In this document: positions 19,912 through 29,700 of the stretch, in pieces
Layout of the letters: the number at the start of each line of letters is the position of its first letter
How positions within the stretch are numbered: position 1 is the stretch's first letter
From: an uncultured Acidimicrobiaceae bacterium
GTDB lineage: Bacteria; Actinomycetota; Acidimicrobiia; Spongiisociales; UBA5794
DNA: 64,000 bases
Reading direction: 5' to 3'
Assembly: GCA_964569015.1 (NCBI GenBank)
Contig: CAZMSN010000003.1
Span: 9,257-73,256 of the forward strand
Program-made: the position numbers and the translations under genes
Notes under the pieces: model-generated
Database searches by the model: none
Told to the model about the DNA's origin: nothing
The model's input: the letters and a program-made list of their open reading frames with translations, nothing else

Positions 19912-20966
19912 GCCTGATGCGGGATCTCTACCGGGGTGAGACCGAGTTCGATTTCATCGGACGTCGGCGGACGTTCTTCGTCATCTCGGGCGTGATCATC
20001 GCCATCAGCCTGCTGTCACTTCTGGTCCGGGGCCTCGACGGGAGCGTGGACTTCACCGGGGGCACCATCGTCGAGGCGGAGAATCGGGCCGGCGTTGACG
20101 TCGCCGGCGTGCGGACCGCCCTGGGTGCCGTGGGCGAAGAGGGCGCGCGGGTCCAGCTCCGGGTCGACACGCTGAGCGGAACCGAATCGATCATCGTCCA
20201 GACCGCGGCATTGGACGCCGCACACCAGGATCGGTTGATCGAAGCGGTGGCCGAGGTGGCAGGCGTCTCACCCGACGAGACGAACGTCGACGCGGTGGGA
20301 CCGAGCTTCGGGGCGGAGATCACTCGCCGGATGATCCGAGCGCTCGTCATCTTCCTGGTGGTCGTGGCCGCCTTCATCAGTTGGCGATTCGAGTGGAAGA
20401 TGGCGGCGGCGGCCCTGGCGGCGCTCTTCCACGATCTCGCCCTCACGGCCGGGATCTACTCACTCGTCGGCTTCGAGGTGACCCCGGCCACCGTGATCGG
20501 GGTCCTGACCATCCTCGGATACAGCCTGTATGACACGGTCGTGGTGTTCGACAAGATCACCGAGAACGTACACGAGCTCGGTAGCCGCCACACCTTCACG
20601 GAGATCGGCAACCTCTCGATGAATCAGGTGCTGATGCGATCGATCAACACCTCCGCCACGTCGCTGCTGCCCATCGGCTCACTGCTGTTCGTCGGCTCGT
20701 ACCTGCTGGGCGCGGCGACGCTGCGCGAATTTGCCCTCGCCCTCTTCATCGGGGTGGCCGCCGGCACCTACAGCTCGATCTTCGTGGCAACGCCTCTCCT
20801 GGCGGAATGGAAGGAGCGGGAGCCCGGCTGGCAGAGAATGCAGCGGCGCACCGCTCGCCGCGGTGGGGAGATCGCTGCCGCGGCAGCAGCGCCCGAAGTG
20901 GCGGTGGAGATCCGCGACAGCGGCGCAGTGGCCCGGCCTCCCAAGCAGCGGAGGAAGCGCCGGTAG
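19908..20966 (+). CDS. secF: Protein translocase subunit SecF
   Basis: 352 aa. ATG 19908 (MSLMRDLYRGETEFDFIGRR) overlaps the secD stop as ATGA. Confidence 0.9.
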   Translation: MSLMRDLYRGETEFDFIGRRRTFFVISGVIIAISLLSLLVRGLDGSVDFTGGTIVEAENRAGVDVAGVRTALGAVGEEGARVQLRVDTLSGTESIIVQTAALDAAHQDRLIEAVAEVAGVSPDETNVDAVGPSFGAEITRRMIRALVIFLVVVAAFISWRFEWKMAAAALAALFHDLALTAGIYSLVGFEVTPATVIGVLTILGYSLYDTVVVFDKITENVHELGSRHTFTEIGNLSMNQVLMRSINTSATSLLPIGSLLFVGSYLLGAATLREFALALFIGVAAGTYSSIFVATPLLAEWKEREPGWQRMQRRTARRGGEIAAAAAAPEVAVEIRDSGAVARPPKQRRKRR

Positions 20967-21087
20967 ACTGCGCCAATGAGCGCGCCCGTTGATATGACCA
21001 GGGGCCTGGATCGCCGGCTGCAGCGCGGGCCGGGCCGGCGCGGCACCCTCTGGTGGGCGGCGGCGGTTCTTCCGCTGGGGGTGGGCG

Positions 21088-23277
21088 ATGGCGCCGCCTG
21101 AAGCGAACTCGACGTCCGATATTGAGGCGCGGTTGGCGTCGCTTCTCGACATCTTCCGAGAACGGCACCCCGAGGGTGATGAAGACCTCATCGTGCGGGC
21201 CTACCAGGTCGCCGAGGAGGCTCACCGGGGCCAGAAGCGCCGCACCGGCGAGGCGTACATCTTTCATCCCCTGGTGGTGACGGAGATCCTGGCCGGCTAC
21301 GGCATGGATGCCGCCACCCTGGCGGCGGCGCTGCTTCACGACACCGTGGAGGACACCGATCTCACCATCGACGACGTCGCCGAACAGTTCGGTGACGAGG
21401 TGGCAGGCCTGATCGACGGCGTGACCAAACTCGCTCGCATCGAGTATTCCAGCAGGGAGGAGCAGCAGGCGGCGACCATCCGCAAGATGGTGATCGCCAT
21501 GGCCAAGGACATCAGGGTGTTGCTCATCAAGCTCGCCGATCGACTCCACAACGTCCGCACGCTGGCACCGCTGTCCGAGGAGAAGCGGCGCCGCATCGCA
21601 GCCGAGACGCTGGACGTCTATGCCCCGCTGGCGCACCGCCTCGGGGTGCAGGAGGTCAAGCACGAGCTCGAGGAGCTCTGTTTCGCCGAGTTGCACCCGG
21701 GCAGAAAAGGCGAGCTCGAAGAGAAGGTGCGCCGCCGCGCCCCCGAGCGAGAGGACTACCTCGACAAGGTGATGACCGAGGTGAGCGGGGCGCTCGCCGG
21801 AGTCGGCATCGAGGCGAAGGTCACCGGACGCCCGAAGCACCTCTATTCGATCTACCGCAAGATGGTGACCAGCGGATTGGCCTTCGACGAGATCTTCGAC
21901 CTGATCGGAATCCGCGTCATCGTGCCATCACTGCGCGACTGCTACGGGGCGCTGGGCCTGGTGCACACCTTGTGGCGTCCCATTCAGGGACGCTTCAAGG
22001 ACTACATCGCGATGCCCAAGTACAACCTGTACCAGAGCCTCCACACCACGGTGGTCGGCCCCGACGGCAAGGCCCTCGAGGTGCAGATTCGAACCGAGGA
22101 AATGCATCAGAGAGCCGAGCACGGCATCGCGGCGCACTGGCGCTACAAGGAAGGCGACACCTCCGCCGACGAGCGACTGGTCGAGGATCTGCGATTCCTC
22201 CAGGAGGAATCGACGGACCCGAGCGATTTCCTGCGCAACCTGAAGCTCGATCTCTACCAGGACGAGGTGTTCACCCTCACGCCGAAGGGTGACGTGGTGA
22301 CACTTCCGATGGGTGCCACCCCGGTCGATTTCGCCTACCGGATCCACACTGATGTGGGGCACCGCTGCGTCGGCGCCAGGGTCAACGGTCGCCTGGTGCC
22401 GTTGTCATCCAAGCTCGAATCGGGCGACATCGTCTCGATCATCACCTCCAACTCGCCCAACGCCCGGCCGAGCCGGGACTGGCTCGAGTTCGTCAAATCC
22501 ACGAGGGCGGCGACCAAGATCCGTCAGTGGTACACGAGGGCTCGGCGTGAGACCTCTCTCGGCGACGGGCGGGATCTCGTTGCCAAGGCGGTTCGGCGAG
22601 AAGCGCTCGGGGTCTCGGCGCCGGGCAGGGACAAGGTCCTGGCCGACATCGCCGGCGAGCTCGGCTACGAGAGCGTCGATGCCATGTACGTGGCGGTCGG
22701 CGACGGGCAACTCAGTCCACAGACTGTCTCGCAGAAGCTCGTCCGTGTCTTCCGGCCGGAGGAGGAAGACGAGGACCTGCTCGCCCCGCCGTCTCTGCCA
22801 CGCCAGCGGCGCCCGACCCGCGGCATCATCGTCGAGGGCATGACCGATCTGCTGGTGCGCATCGCCCGCTGCTGTGCCCCGGTCCCCGGAGACGACATCG
22901 TCGGCTTCGTGACAGTGGGGCGGGGCGTTTCGGTGCACCGAGCCGACTGCGCCAACATCGGCGCTCTGGAGGACCGGGCCGAGCGGATGATCGACGTGTC
23001 CTGGGCCCCGCTGCAGAGTGGCACGTTCTTCGTGTGGATCCAGGTCGAGGCCCTCGACCGCCCCAAGCTGCTGCGGGACGTCACGACGGTGCTTTCGGAC
23101 CTGGGGGCCAACATCCACGCGTCCTCCTCGGGAACCGGCCGGGACCGGGTGGCGATCCTGCGCTACGAGGTCGAGTTCTCCGATCGACGCGTCCTCGATC
23201 GCGCTATCGACGAGCTGCGCGCCGTCGACGACGTCTTCGATGCCTACAGGCTGGTGCCTCACGGCGACGCCGACTGA
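21088..23277 (+). CDS. relA: Bifunctional (p)ppGpp synthetase/hydrolase
   Basis: 729 aa with HD hydrolase (HDTVEDT), synthetase, TGS and ACT domains. Confidence 0.95.
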   Translation: MAPPEANSTSDIEARLASLLDIFRERHPEGDEDLIVRAYQVAEEAHRGQKRRTGEAYIFHPLVVTEILAGYGMDAATLAAALLHDTVEDTDLTIDDVAEQFGDEVAGLIDGVTKLARIEYSSREEQQAATIRKMVIAMAKDIRVLLIKLADRLHNVRTLAPLSEEKRRRIAAETLDVYAPLAHRLGVQEVKHELEELCFAELHPGRKGELEEKVRRRAPEREDYLDKVMTEVSGALAGVGIEAKVTGRPKHLYSIYRKMVTSGLAFDEIFDLIGIRVIVPSLRDCYGALGLVHTLWRPIQGRFKDYIAMPKYNLYQSLHTTVVGPDGKALEVQIRTEEMHQRAEHGIAAHWRYKEGDTSADERLVEDLRFLQEESTDPSDFLRNLKLDLYQDEVFTLTPKGDVVTLPMGATPVDFAYRIHTDVGHRCVGARVNGRLVPLSSKLESGDIVSIITSNSPNARPSRDWLEFVKSTRAATKIRQWYTRARRETSLGDGRDLVAKAVRREALGVSAPGRDKVLADIAGELGYESVDAMYVAVGDGQLSPQTVSQKLVRVFRPEEEDEDLLAPPSLPRQRRPTRGIIVEGMTDLLVRIARCCAPVPGDDIVGFVTVGRGVSVHRADCANIGALEDRAERMIDVSWAPLQSGTFFVWIQVEALDRPKLLRDVTTVLSDLGANIHASSSGTGRDRVAILRYEVEFSDRRVLDRAIDELRAVDDVFDAYRLVPHGDAD

Positions 23278-23362
23278 CCGGAGGCGGCCCGCCGTGGGGC
23301 ATTGCCGAGGTGCCCGGGTGCTCAAGGAAAGGGCAGGGGATTCCGATGAATCGTGTATGGGA

Positions 23363-24940
23363 ATGCGGTGTCGTACGCGTCCCTCCTCGGTGGTAACCGG
23401 GGAGGGTGGGTTTACCGTGGTCGAGTCGGTCGTGGCTGCGGGGATCATGCTGATCGCGATCGTCCTCAGCATCGTGCCGATCACCTTCGCTCTCCAGACC
23501 CTGGTGCGTGCTCAAGAGGTCACCGTCGCTGAGAACCTGGCGCAGGCGCGGATAGAGGAGGTGCGCAGCCTCGACTACGAGGATGTCGGGCATCCGGGCT
23601 CAGCGCCATCCGGCATCTTGGAGAGGACTCTCGTGCGCGACATCGAGGGCCACTCCTACACCGTCGAGACGAGCGTCGAGTACGTCGGCTCGAGCACCGG
23701 GCTCAACGTCATCCCGCAGGGCGGCGACGGGGTCGAGGGGACCTTCGACCTCGGCGTTGACTACAAGTACGTCGTCGTCACAGTGACCTCGCCGGACGCG
23801 GCCTTGCAGCCGGTGCGGATGGAGACGATCATGGCTCCTCCTACGGTGGGCGCCCTCGAGGCCGTGGCGGTGGTGTCGGTGACCGTCGATCGCCACGAGC
23901 CTTTCGATCCGTACGATCCCGTGATGTACCCGACACCTCAAATCCAGCTCTTCGGCCCCGACACGTACACGTCGCCGAACAACGACGACGTGCAGGTCTT
24001 CGCCGACGTCACCGAGGGGACCTACGAGATTCGCCTCTGGGGATCCACCGGGTGGCTGCTGCACCCCGAGACGGTGGCCTCGGGCGCCAATTTCGTCGAT
24101 GCCGCCGACGGTTGGGCGACGGACCGCACGATCCGTATCTACCGGCCAGCGTCGCTGACGGTCGATGTCACCGACGCCGACACGGGATTGCCCGTAACGG
24201 ACGCGGTCTTGGTGGCGGAAGGGTCGACGACCGGGGAGATCGTCACCAACCCGCCGGGGGAGTACGCCTTCGAGGGGCTGGTCCCCGATCACTACGTCGT
24301 GTCTGCCACCGCTACGGGCTACGAGAACAACAGCGTCGAGGTGGACGTTCCAGGATACGGAGGAGGCGACGAGGCGACGGCGTCCATCGAACTCGTGCCG
24401 CAAGTCTTCGTGCCGGTGTCATGGACCTTCACCGTCGACTACAACTGGGAGAGCCACTACGAGACCGCCGGGGCCGACGTGGTGGTGACCCACCCCACCT
24501 TCGGCACCTTCACCGGTGTCACGGGCCAGGAGGGTGAGGTCGTCATCGGCCTCCCCCCCAACGAGTCGGGATTCACGGTCACCGCCTCCACCCCGTGGGG
24601 CCACGAACCTGACGAGGAGACGTTTGAAACCTGGGGGTGGTGGCCCTCGACCGATCTACATCTCAGCAAGTCGTGGTGGGGCACAGACCTGTTCCGGCTC
24701 CGCAACGGACCGGACGAACCGGAATCCTTCTACGAGTACAAGGTGGGGAGCGGCGACTGGATCCGGGTCCCGGCCAACGACTCGGGCCGGGCCACCTTCG
24801 TCGTGGAGGAGTCGTTCGGGACGGTGGTGCAGCTCAGCGCCTACTGCGAGCTCGCCGACTACCCGTCCGACCCGCTCGACACCGAGTCGGTCACTCTCAA
24901 CAATTGGGATCAATCGTGGAACGTACACGGTCACTGCTGA
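23363..24940 (+). CDS. Large type-IV-pilin-like (pseudopilin) protein with a class III signal peptide and beta-sandwich domains
   Basis: The N-terminus MRCRTRPSSVVTGEGG|FTVVESVVAAGIMLIAIVL carries the prepilin cleavage motif G|FTxxE followed by a hydrophobic helix. The ~480-aa C-terminal region includes a CarboxypepD_reg/Cna-B-like segment (GLPVTDAVLVAEGSTTGEIVTNPPGEYAFEGLVPDHYVVSATATGYENNSVEV). The start could instead be ATG 23357. Confidence 0.6.
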   Translation: MRCRTRPSSVVTGEGGFTVVESVVAAGIMLIAIVLSIVPITFALQTLVRAQEVTVAENLAQARIEEVRSLDYEDVGHPGSAPSGILERTLVRDIEGHSYTVETSVEYVGSSTGLNVIPQGGDGVEGTFDLGVDYKYVVVTVTSPDAALQPVRMETIMAPPTVGALEAVAVVSVTVDRHEPFDPYDPVMYPTPQIQLFGPDTYTSPNNDDVQVFADVTEGTYEIRLWGSTGWLLHPETVASGANFVDAADGWATDRTIRIYRPASLTVDVTDADTGLPVTDAVLVAEGSTTGEIVTNPPGEYAFEGLVPDHYVVSATATGYENNSVEVDVPGYGGGDEATASIELVPQVFVPVSWTFTVDYNWESHYETAGADVVVTHPTFGTFTGVTGQEGEVVIGLPPNESGFTVTASTPWGHEPDEETFETWGWWPSTDLHLSKSWWGTDLFRLRNGPDEPESFYEYKVGSGDWIRVPANDSGRATFVVEESFGTVVQLSAYCELADYPSDPLDTESVTLNNWDQSWNVHGHC

Positions 24941-25572
24941 GCGCCGAGCGGGGCGTGACCTTGATGGAGGTCACGGTTGCCGCGGCCCTCTCGGCCATCC
25001 TCGCCGCCGCCCTCATCACGCTGGTCATCAGCGTCAACGGCAACGTGGTCCGGCAGGAGCAACGAGACAACGCCCTGCGCCAGGCACGCAGCACCGTCAG
25101 TCAGCTCGTCATCGAGCTGCGGCAGGCCCTCGACATCGACGGGGACGGCGTCGTGGTGGAGAGCCTCGACTCGTCGTGGGAGACCCTCGATCTCCAGTTC
25201 TATGCCGATCGCCTCACCGGCGACGAGGGGCCCGAGCTGTATCACTACCGACTCGCCGGCTGCGTCGACGGGCTCTGCGATCTCGTGCGAGATCGCTACT
25301 CGGCCGATCCCGGCAGCAGCCCCAACTGGACGTACACGTCGGATCCGGTGACACAGGTCATGGTGAGCAACGTCGTCGCCGACAGTCCCGAGCCGCTGGT
25401 GCAGGGAGTCTCCTGGGAATCGGGGAGCGAAGTGGTCGTGGACCTCTGCGGCGCAGGGCTGGCCTGCGATTTCGTGATGGTGCGGATTCGGCTCCGGGTC
25501 GAGCCGGATCGCCTGGGTGAAGGGATCGAGCCGGTGCAGGTAGCCGAGGACGTGAGGTTGCGCAATGCGTAG
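24916..25572 (+). CDS. Type-IV-pilin-like protein (minor pilin/pseudopilin)
   Basis: N-terminus VERTRSLLSAERG|VTLMEVTVAAALSAILAAALITLVISV, with G|xTLxE plus a hydrophobic helix. The GTG start overlaps the previous gene by 25 nt. 218 aa. Confidence 0.55.
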   Translation: MERTRSLLSAERGVTLMEVTVAAALSAILAAALITLVISVNGNVVRQEQRDNALRQARSTVSQLVIELRQALDIDGDGVVVESLDSSWETLDLQFYADRLTGDEGPELYHYRLAGCVDGLCDLVRDRYSADPGSSPNWTYTSDPVTQVMVSNVVADSPEPLVQGVSWESGSEVVVDLCGAGLACDFVMVRIRLRVEPDRLGEGIEPVQVAEDVRLRNA

Positions 25573-27178
25573 GCGCAGGTGGTGGCGGTTCGATGGCGAG
25601 GCAGGCTTTGCCCTGGGCACCGTGATCATCGGGGTGCTCACCATCGTGGTGCTCACGATCTTGGTCCACCGTTTGGCGGTGCGCCAGACCAGCGAGGCCG
25701 ACTTCGGAAAGCGCGAGGACACCGTGCTCGCCGGGACGGAGGCGATGTTGGAGCGCTACGCCGCCAAGATGTCGATCGATCCGTCCTACTACATGATCTA
25801 CGTCGACGAGGCCGAGGCGCCGCGGCTGTGTACCGACGGCGACTCGTCCGGCTACGGCGCGGTGGTCCAACCCGGGAACGCCTGGATCGCAGACTGCGGC
25901 ACGTGGGACTACGAGTACACCGATGAGTACTACCACCACCCGCTGCTCGGAGGCGCCAGCGACGAGGAGTGGGACGACATCGGCGTGCTGATGCATGTGA
26001 CACCTCCAACCCAGGCGGGCGCCCTCGAGGTCACCGTGGCGGGTCGTCAGGGCACCAAGCCGAATACCCGGGCGGTGACGGTGGAGATTCGGGCGGAGGC
26101 GGCCTCCGAGTTCGCGTGGCTCCTCGAGGAAGATCTCCGGTTTGGCGGCGGGGCGACGACCTTCGGCAAGGTGTATTCGGGCGGCAATGTGGGCTACCCC
26201 GCTGGCGGGGAAGCCTACGGCAACGTCTACGCCGAGGGCACGATCGGGTTCCGGGAAGGCCCCTACTGGTACTACCCGCCCACCTGGATGGACGGGGCCG
26301 AAGGCTGGGACAGCACCGGCAATCACAACGCGGCCGGTGAGTACATCACCGATGTGTACCCGGACCCGATCGACTTCGATAGATTCTGGGACGACCTCGA
26401 TCTGTTGGAGAAAGCGGCGTGCGAGGGGGGCGGTATCTGCCTCGACCCGGCCGAGAATCCGTCAATCCCGTCCGGAGTGGAGGCCTACCTGATCGAAACG
26501 GTGCAGGTCGCCGGGGAGACGCAACTGAAGGTGTCGTACGCCACGTCCCCGCCCTCGCACTCGCCCCCAGGGCAGACCGAGGAGAAATGGTGGGTCTGGT
26601 CCCACGACGCGAGCTGGACCTACCTCGACACCTATGCGATCCCGGTGAACGGGGCGCTGTGGGCCGACGAGCACGTCGTGGTCGGCCTCAACGATTCGAG
26701 TCCATTCGAGCTCTCCGGCAGGCTCACCATCTACGCCGGTGACTCCTCGGCCCGGTGCAACATCATCATCGGCAGCGACGTCCTTTACGCCGATGGTCTC
26801 GACGGTTCGGACGTGCTCGGACTGATCGCCTCCGACGAGATCTGGATCAACCCCCACGCCGTCGGGTGGTGGGATCGGGAGCTCAACATCTACGGCGCTC
26901 TGCTTTCCCAAAACGGGACCATCGCGACCGCGCTGCACAACGGCGACGCGGGACAGAGCATGACGCCGGCCCATTCGGTGCTCAACACGTACGGCTCCTT
27001 CGCCGCGGTGAGGACGGGGGACATGTCATCGTCCTTCGAAACCCGGAACTACAACTTCGACACCCGTCTCGAGCGGCTGTGCCCGCCGTTCTTCCCCCTC
27101 GTCAGCGAAGAGTGGACCTTCTCGAACTGGCGGGAGACGTCCATCCCGTGCTGGGCGACCGAGGAGGGCTGTCCGTAG
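25565..27178 (+). CDS. PilX-N-domain-like large pilin-like protein
   Basis: N-terminus MRRRRWWRFDGEAG|FALGTVIIGVLTIVVLTILV resembles the PilX N-terminal domain (G-[FA]-AL...L..L). The 500-aa C-terminal region is rich in W/Y/G/D. The start overlaps the previous gene. Confidence 0.55.
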   Translation: MRRRRWWRFDGEAGFALGTVIIGVLTIVVLTILVHRLAVRQTSEADFGKREDTVLAGTEAMLERYAAKMSIDPSYYMIYVDEAEAPRLCTDGDSSGYGAVVQPGNAWIADCGTWDYEYTDEYYHHPLLGGASDEEWDDIGVLMHVTPPTQAGALEVTVAGRQGTKPNTRAVTVEIRAEAASEFAWLLEEDLRFGGGATTFGKVYSGGNVGYPAGGEAYGNVYAEGTIGFREGPYWYYPPTWMDGAEGWDSTGNHNAAGEYITDVYPDPIDFDRFWDDLDLLEKAACEGGGICLDPAENPSIPSGVEAYLIETVQVAGETQLKVSYATSPPSHSPPGQTEEKWWVWSHDASWTYLDTYAIPVNGALWADEHVVVGLNDSSPFELSGRLTIYAGDSSARCNIIIGSDVLYADGLDGSDVLGLIASDEIWINPHAVGWWDRELNIYGALLSQNGTIATALHNGDAGQSMTPAHSVLNTYGSFAAVRTGDMSSSFETRNYNFDTRLERLCPPFFPLVSEEWTFSNWRETSIPCWATEEGCP

Positions 27179-27202
27179 CGAAGCGGTAAGCTCCCGCGTC
27201 GC

Positions 27203-27859
27203 ATGATCATCGATACCCGATCGCTCTGGTTGGTGGAGGCCAACTGCTACGTGGTCGCTCCCGAGGCGGGTGGTCCGTGTGTGCTCATCGATGCCCCTCC
27301 GGATGTTGAAGGCATGGTCGACCTGGTGGAGAAACACCGGCTCGTGCCGGTGGCGCTCCTGGTCACCCACGGCCACATCGACCATGGCGGCGGGGCGAAG
27401 GCGGCCGGGGCCCGGTGGGCGCTCCGCGGCTATCTCCATCCCGACGACGAATGGCTGGCACGTGACCCGAGGGGGCAGATCGAAGCACTGTTCGGCGGTG
27501 CGCTTCCGCCCGGAGTGGAGGACGAGTTCGCGGCACCGGAGCGATTCGAGGCTCTCGGCGACGGCATGGTTCTCGACATCGCCGGCGTGACGCTCGAGGT
27601 GCTGCACACACCCGGTCACACCCCGGGGCACTGCTGCTTCCTGCACCGGGACGAGGGCGTGCTCTTCTCGGGCGACCATCTCTTCGCAGGGTCGATCGGA
27701 CGCACCGACCTCCCCGGTGGCGACTACCCGACGCTCATGCGGTCCATGGCGGACAAGGTGATGCCGCTGCCCGACGACACCCGGGTCCTGCCCGGGCACG
27801 GCCCCGCGACTACCCTTGCCCACGAGCGCCGCGCCAACCCCTTTCTGCAGGAGCTGTGA
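27203..27859 (+). CDS. MBL-fold metallo-hydrolase (glyoxalase-II-like)
   Basis: THGHIDHGGG metal-binding motif plus later His/Asp ligands. 218 aa. Confidence 0.8.
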   Translation: MIIDTRSLWLVEANCYVVAPEAGGPCVLIDAPPDVEGMVDLVEKHRLVPVALLVTHGHIDHGGGAKAAGARWALRGYLHPDDEWLARDPRGQIEALFGGALPPGVEDEFAAPERFEALGDGMVLDIAGVTLEVLHTPGHTPGHCCFLHRDEGVLFSGDHLFAGSIGRTDLPGGDYPTLMRSMADKVMPLPDDTRVLPGHGPATTLAHERRANPFLQEL

Positions 27860-27905
27860 CCCCATCGCGTCACAGCTGCCCGACCCGAGCGAGGAGACCG
27901 GAGGG

Positions 27906-29696
27906 ATGGAAACCGAAGGCCTGAGGACCGCCCGAGCCGGAGAGCTGCGCGCTGCCGACATCGGCCGCCGGGTGAACCTCGCGGGGTGGGTGTCTCGGCG
28001 CCGCGACCACGGTGGGGTGGTCTTCGTGGATCTGCGGGACGCCTCCGGAGTGGTGCAGGTCGTGGTGAACCCCGAGAACGAGCCGGCACCGATCGAGGTC
28101 ATTCACGGGCTGCGGATGGAGTTCTGCGTGGCGGTGTCCGGTGAGGTACGGGCCCGGCCGGAGGGAACAGTGAACCCGGATCTCGCCACCGGGGAGGTGG
28201 ATGTGGTGGTCTCGGCGCTCGAGGTGCTCAGCCCGTGCGAGCCGCTGCCTTTCCAGCTCGACGACCGCGCCGGCGTGGCCGAGGAACGCAGGCTCCAGTA
28301 CCGCTACCTCGACCTGCGAACCGAGCGCATGGCCGCCAATCTGCGCGCCCGCTCCACGACGATCCGGGCGATGCGGCAGGTACTCGATGGCCGGGGCTTT
28401 CTCGAAGTGGAGACGCCGACCCTCATCGCCTCCACCCCCGAGGGCGCCCGCGACATGCTGGTTCCAAGCCGGCTGCGCCAAGGCCACTTCTACGCCCTGC
28501 CCCAATCCCCGCAGCTCTTCAAGCAGCTTCTCATGATCGGCGGAGTGGAGCGCTACTACCAGGTGGCCCGCTGCTACCGGGACGAGGACTTCCGAGCCGA
28601 CCGCCAGCTCGAGTTCACCCAGCTCGACCTGGAAGGCTCGTTCTGGGGTCAGGCCGAGGTCCTGGAGACGCTGGAGGCGATCGTCGCCCAGGTGGTCAGA
28701 GATGTCCGCGGGGTCGAGCTGGAACGGCCGTTCCCGCGGCTCGGCTACGCCGAGGCCATGGCCCGCTACGGCACGGACAAGCCGGACATGCGCTTCGGCA
28801 TGGAGATCATCGACCTCGGAGAGGTGCTCGCCGCGTCCGAGTTCAAAGCCTTCGCGGGCGTTCTCGCCGAAGGGGGAGTGGTGCGCGGCATCAACGCCGG
28901 ATCGCTCGGGCTGTCACGGGCCGGCCTCGACCGGCTCGTCGCCCGGGCTCAGGAGCTGGGAGCCAAGGGCCTCGTGTGGCTGGTGGTCGAGGAGGACGGA
29001 TCTTTGCGCTCGCCGGTGGCGAAGTTCCTCGGCGCAGCCGAGCAGGGAGGTGTCAAGGAGCGGCTCGATGCGTCCGCAGGGGACGTGCTGCTGCTTGCCG
29101 CCGACACAGAGAGGGTCGTCTCGGCGGTGCTCGGCCGGCTGCGTCTCGAGTTGGGCCGGCCCGCGGGGCACGATGATCTCCGGTTCCTGTTCGTGGTCGA
29201 TTTCCCGGTCTTCGAGCTGGGCGACGAGGGAGACCTCTCCCCGGCCCATCACCCCTTCACGTCCCCCGTCTCGGTGGACGAGATGCGCGACTCGCCCGAG
29301 ACGGCCGTCTCCAAGGCCTATGACATGGTGCTCAACGGCAGTGAGCTTGGATCCGGGAGCGTGAGGATCCACGATCCGGCGATCCAGGCTCAGGTGTTCG
29401 AGATCCTCGGCATCTCCGCCGAGGACGCCGAGCGCCGCTTCGGCTGGTTCCTCGAGGCGCTGCGCTACGGGACGCCGCCGCACGCCGGGTTCGCCATCGG
29501 CATCGACCGGCTGGTGTCGATCCTGCAAAACGAGCCCAACATCCGCGAGGTGATCCCGTTCCCCAAGACCCAAACGGGCGGGGATCCGCTCACCGGCTCG
29601 CCGAGCCGGGTGAGCGACGGGCAGCTCGGCGAGCTCGGCATCGAGGTGCGCGCCGCGGTGCGCCGCGCCTGGGACATGCCGACCGGCGAGACCTGA
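27906..29696 (+). CDS. aspS: Aspartate--tRNA ligase
   Basis: 596 aa. The N-terminal OB anticodon-binding domain (LRTARAGELRAADIGRRVNLAGWVSRRRDHGGVVFVDLRD) is followed by a class II core and a GAD insertion. Confidence 0.95.
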   Translation: METEGLRTARAGELRAADIGRRVNLAGWVSRRRDHGGVVFVDLRDASGVVQVVVNPENEPAPIEVIHGLRMEFCVAVSGEVRARPEGTVNPDLATGEVDVVVSALEVLSPCEPLPFQLDDRAGVAEERRLQYRYLDLRTERMAANLRARSTTIRAMRQVLDGRGFLEVETPTLIASTPEGARDMLVPSRLRQGHFYALPQSPQLFKQLLMIGGVERYYQVARCYRDEDFRADRQLEFTQLDLEGSFWGQAEVLETLEAIVAQVVRDVRGVELERPFPRLGYAEAMARYGTDKPDMRFGMEIIDLGEVLAASEFKAFAGVLAEGGVVRGINAGSLGLSRAGLDRLVARAQELGAKGLVWLVVEEDGSLRSPVAKFLGAAEQGGVKERLDASAGDVLLLAADTERVVSAVLGRLRLELGRPAGHDDLRFLFVVDFPVFELGDEGDLSPAHHPFTSPVSVDEMRDSPETAVSKAYDMVLNGSELGSGSVRIHDPAIQAQVFEILGISAEDAERRFGWFLEALRYGTPPHAGFAIGIDRLVSILQNEPNIREVIPFPKTQTGGDPLTGSPSRVSDGQLGELGIEVRAAVRRAWDMPTGET

Positions 29697-29700
29697 GCCG

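Noticed and set aside
20966-21088. Expected apt (adenine phosphoribosyltransferase) between secF and relA, as in mycobacteria
   Set aside because: Only a 120-nt spacer is present and no ORF of suitable size or sequence fits. apt is simply not at this position here.
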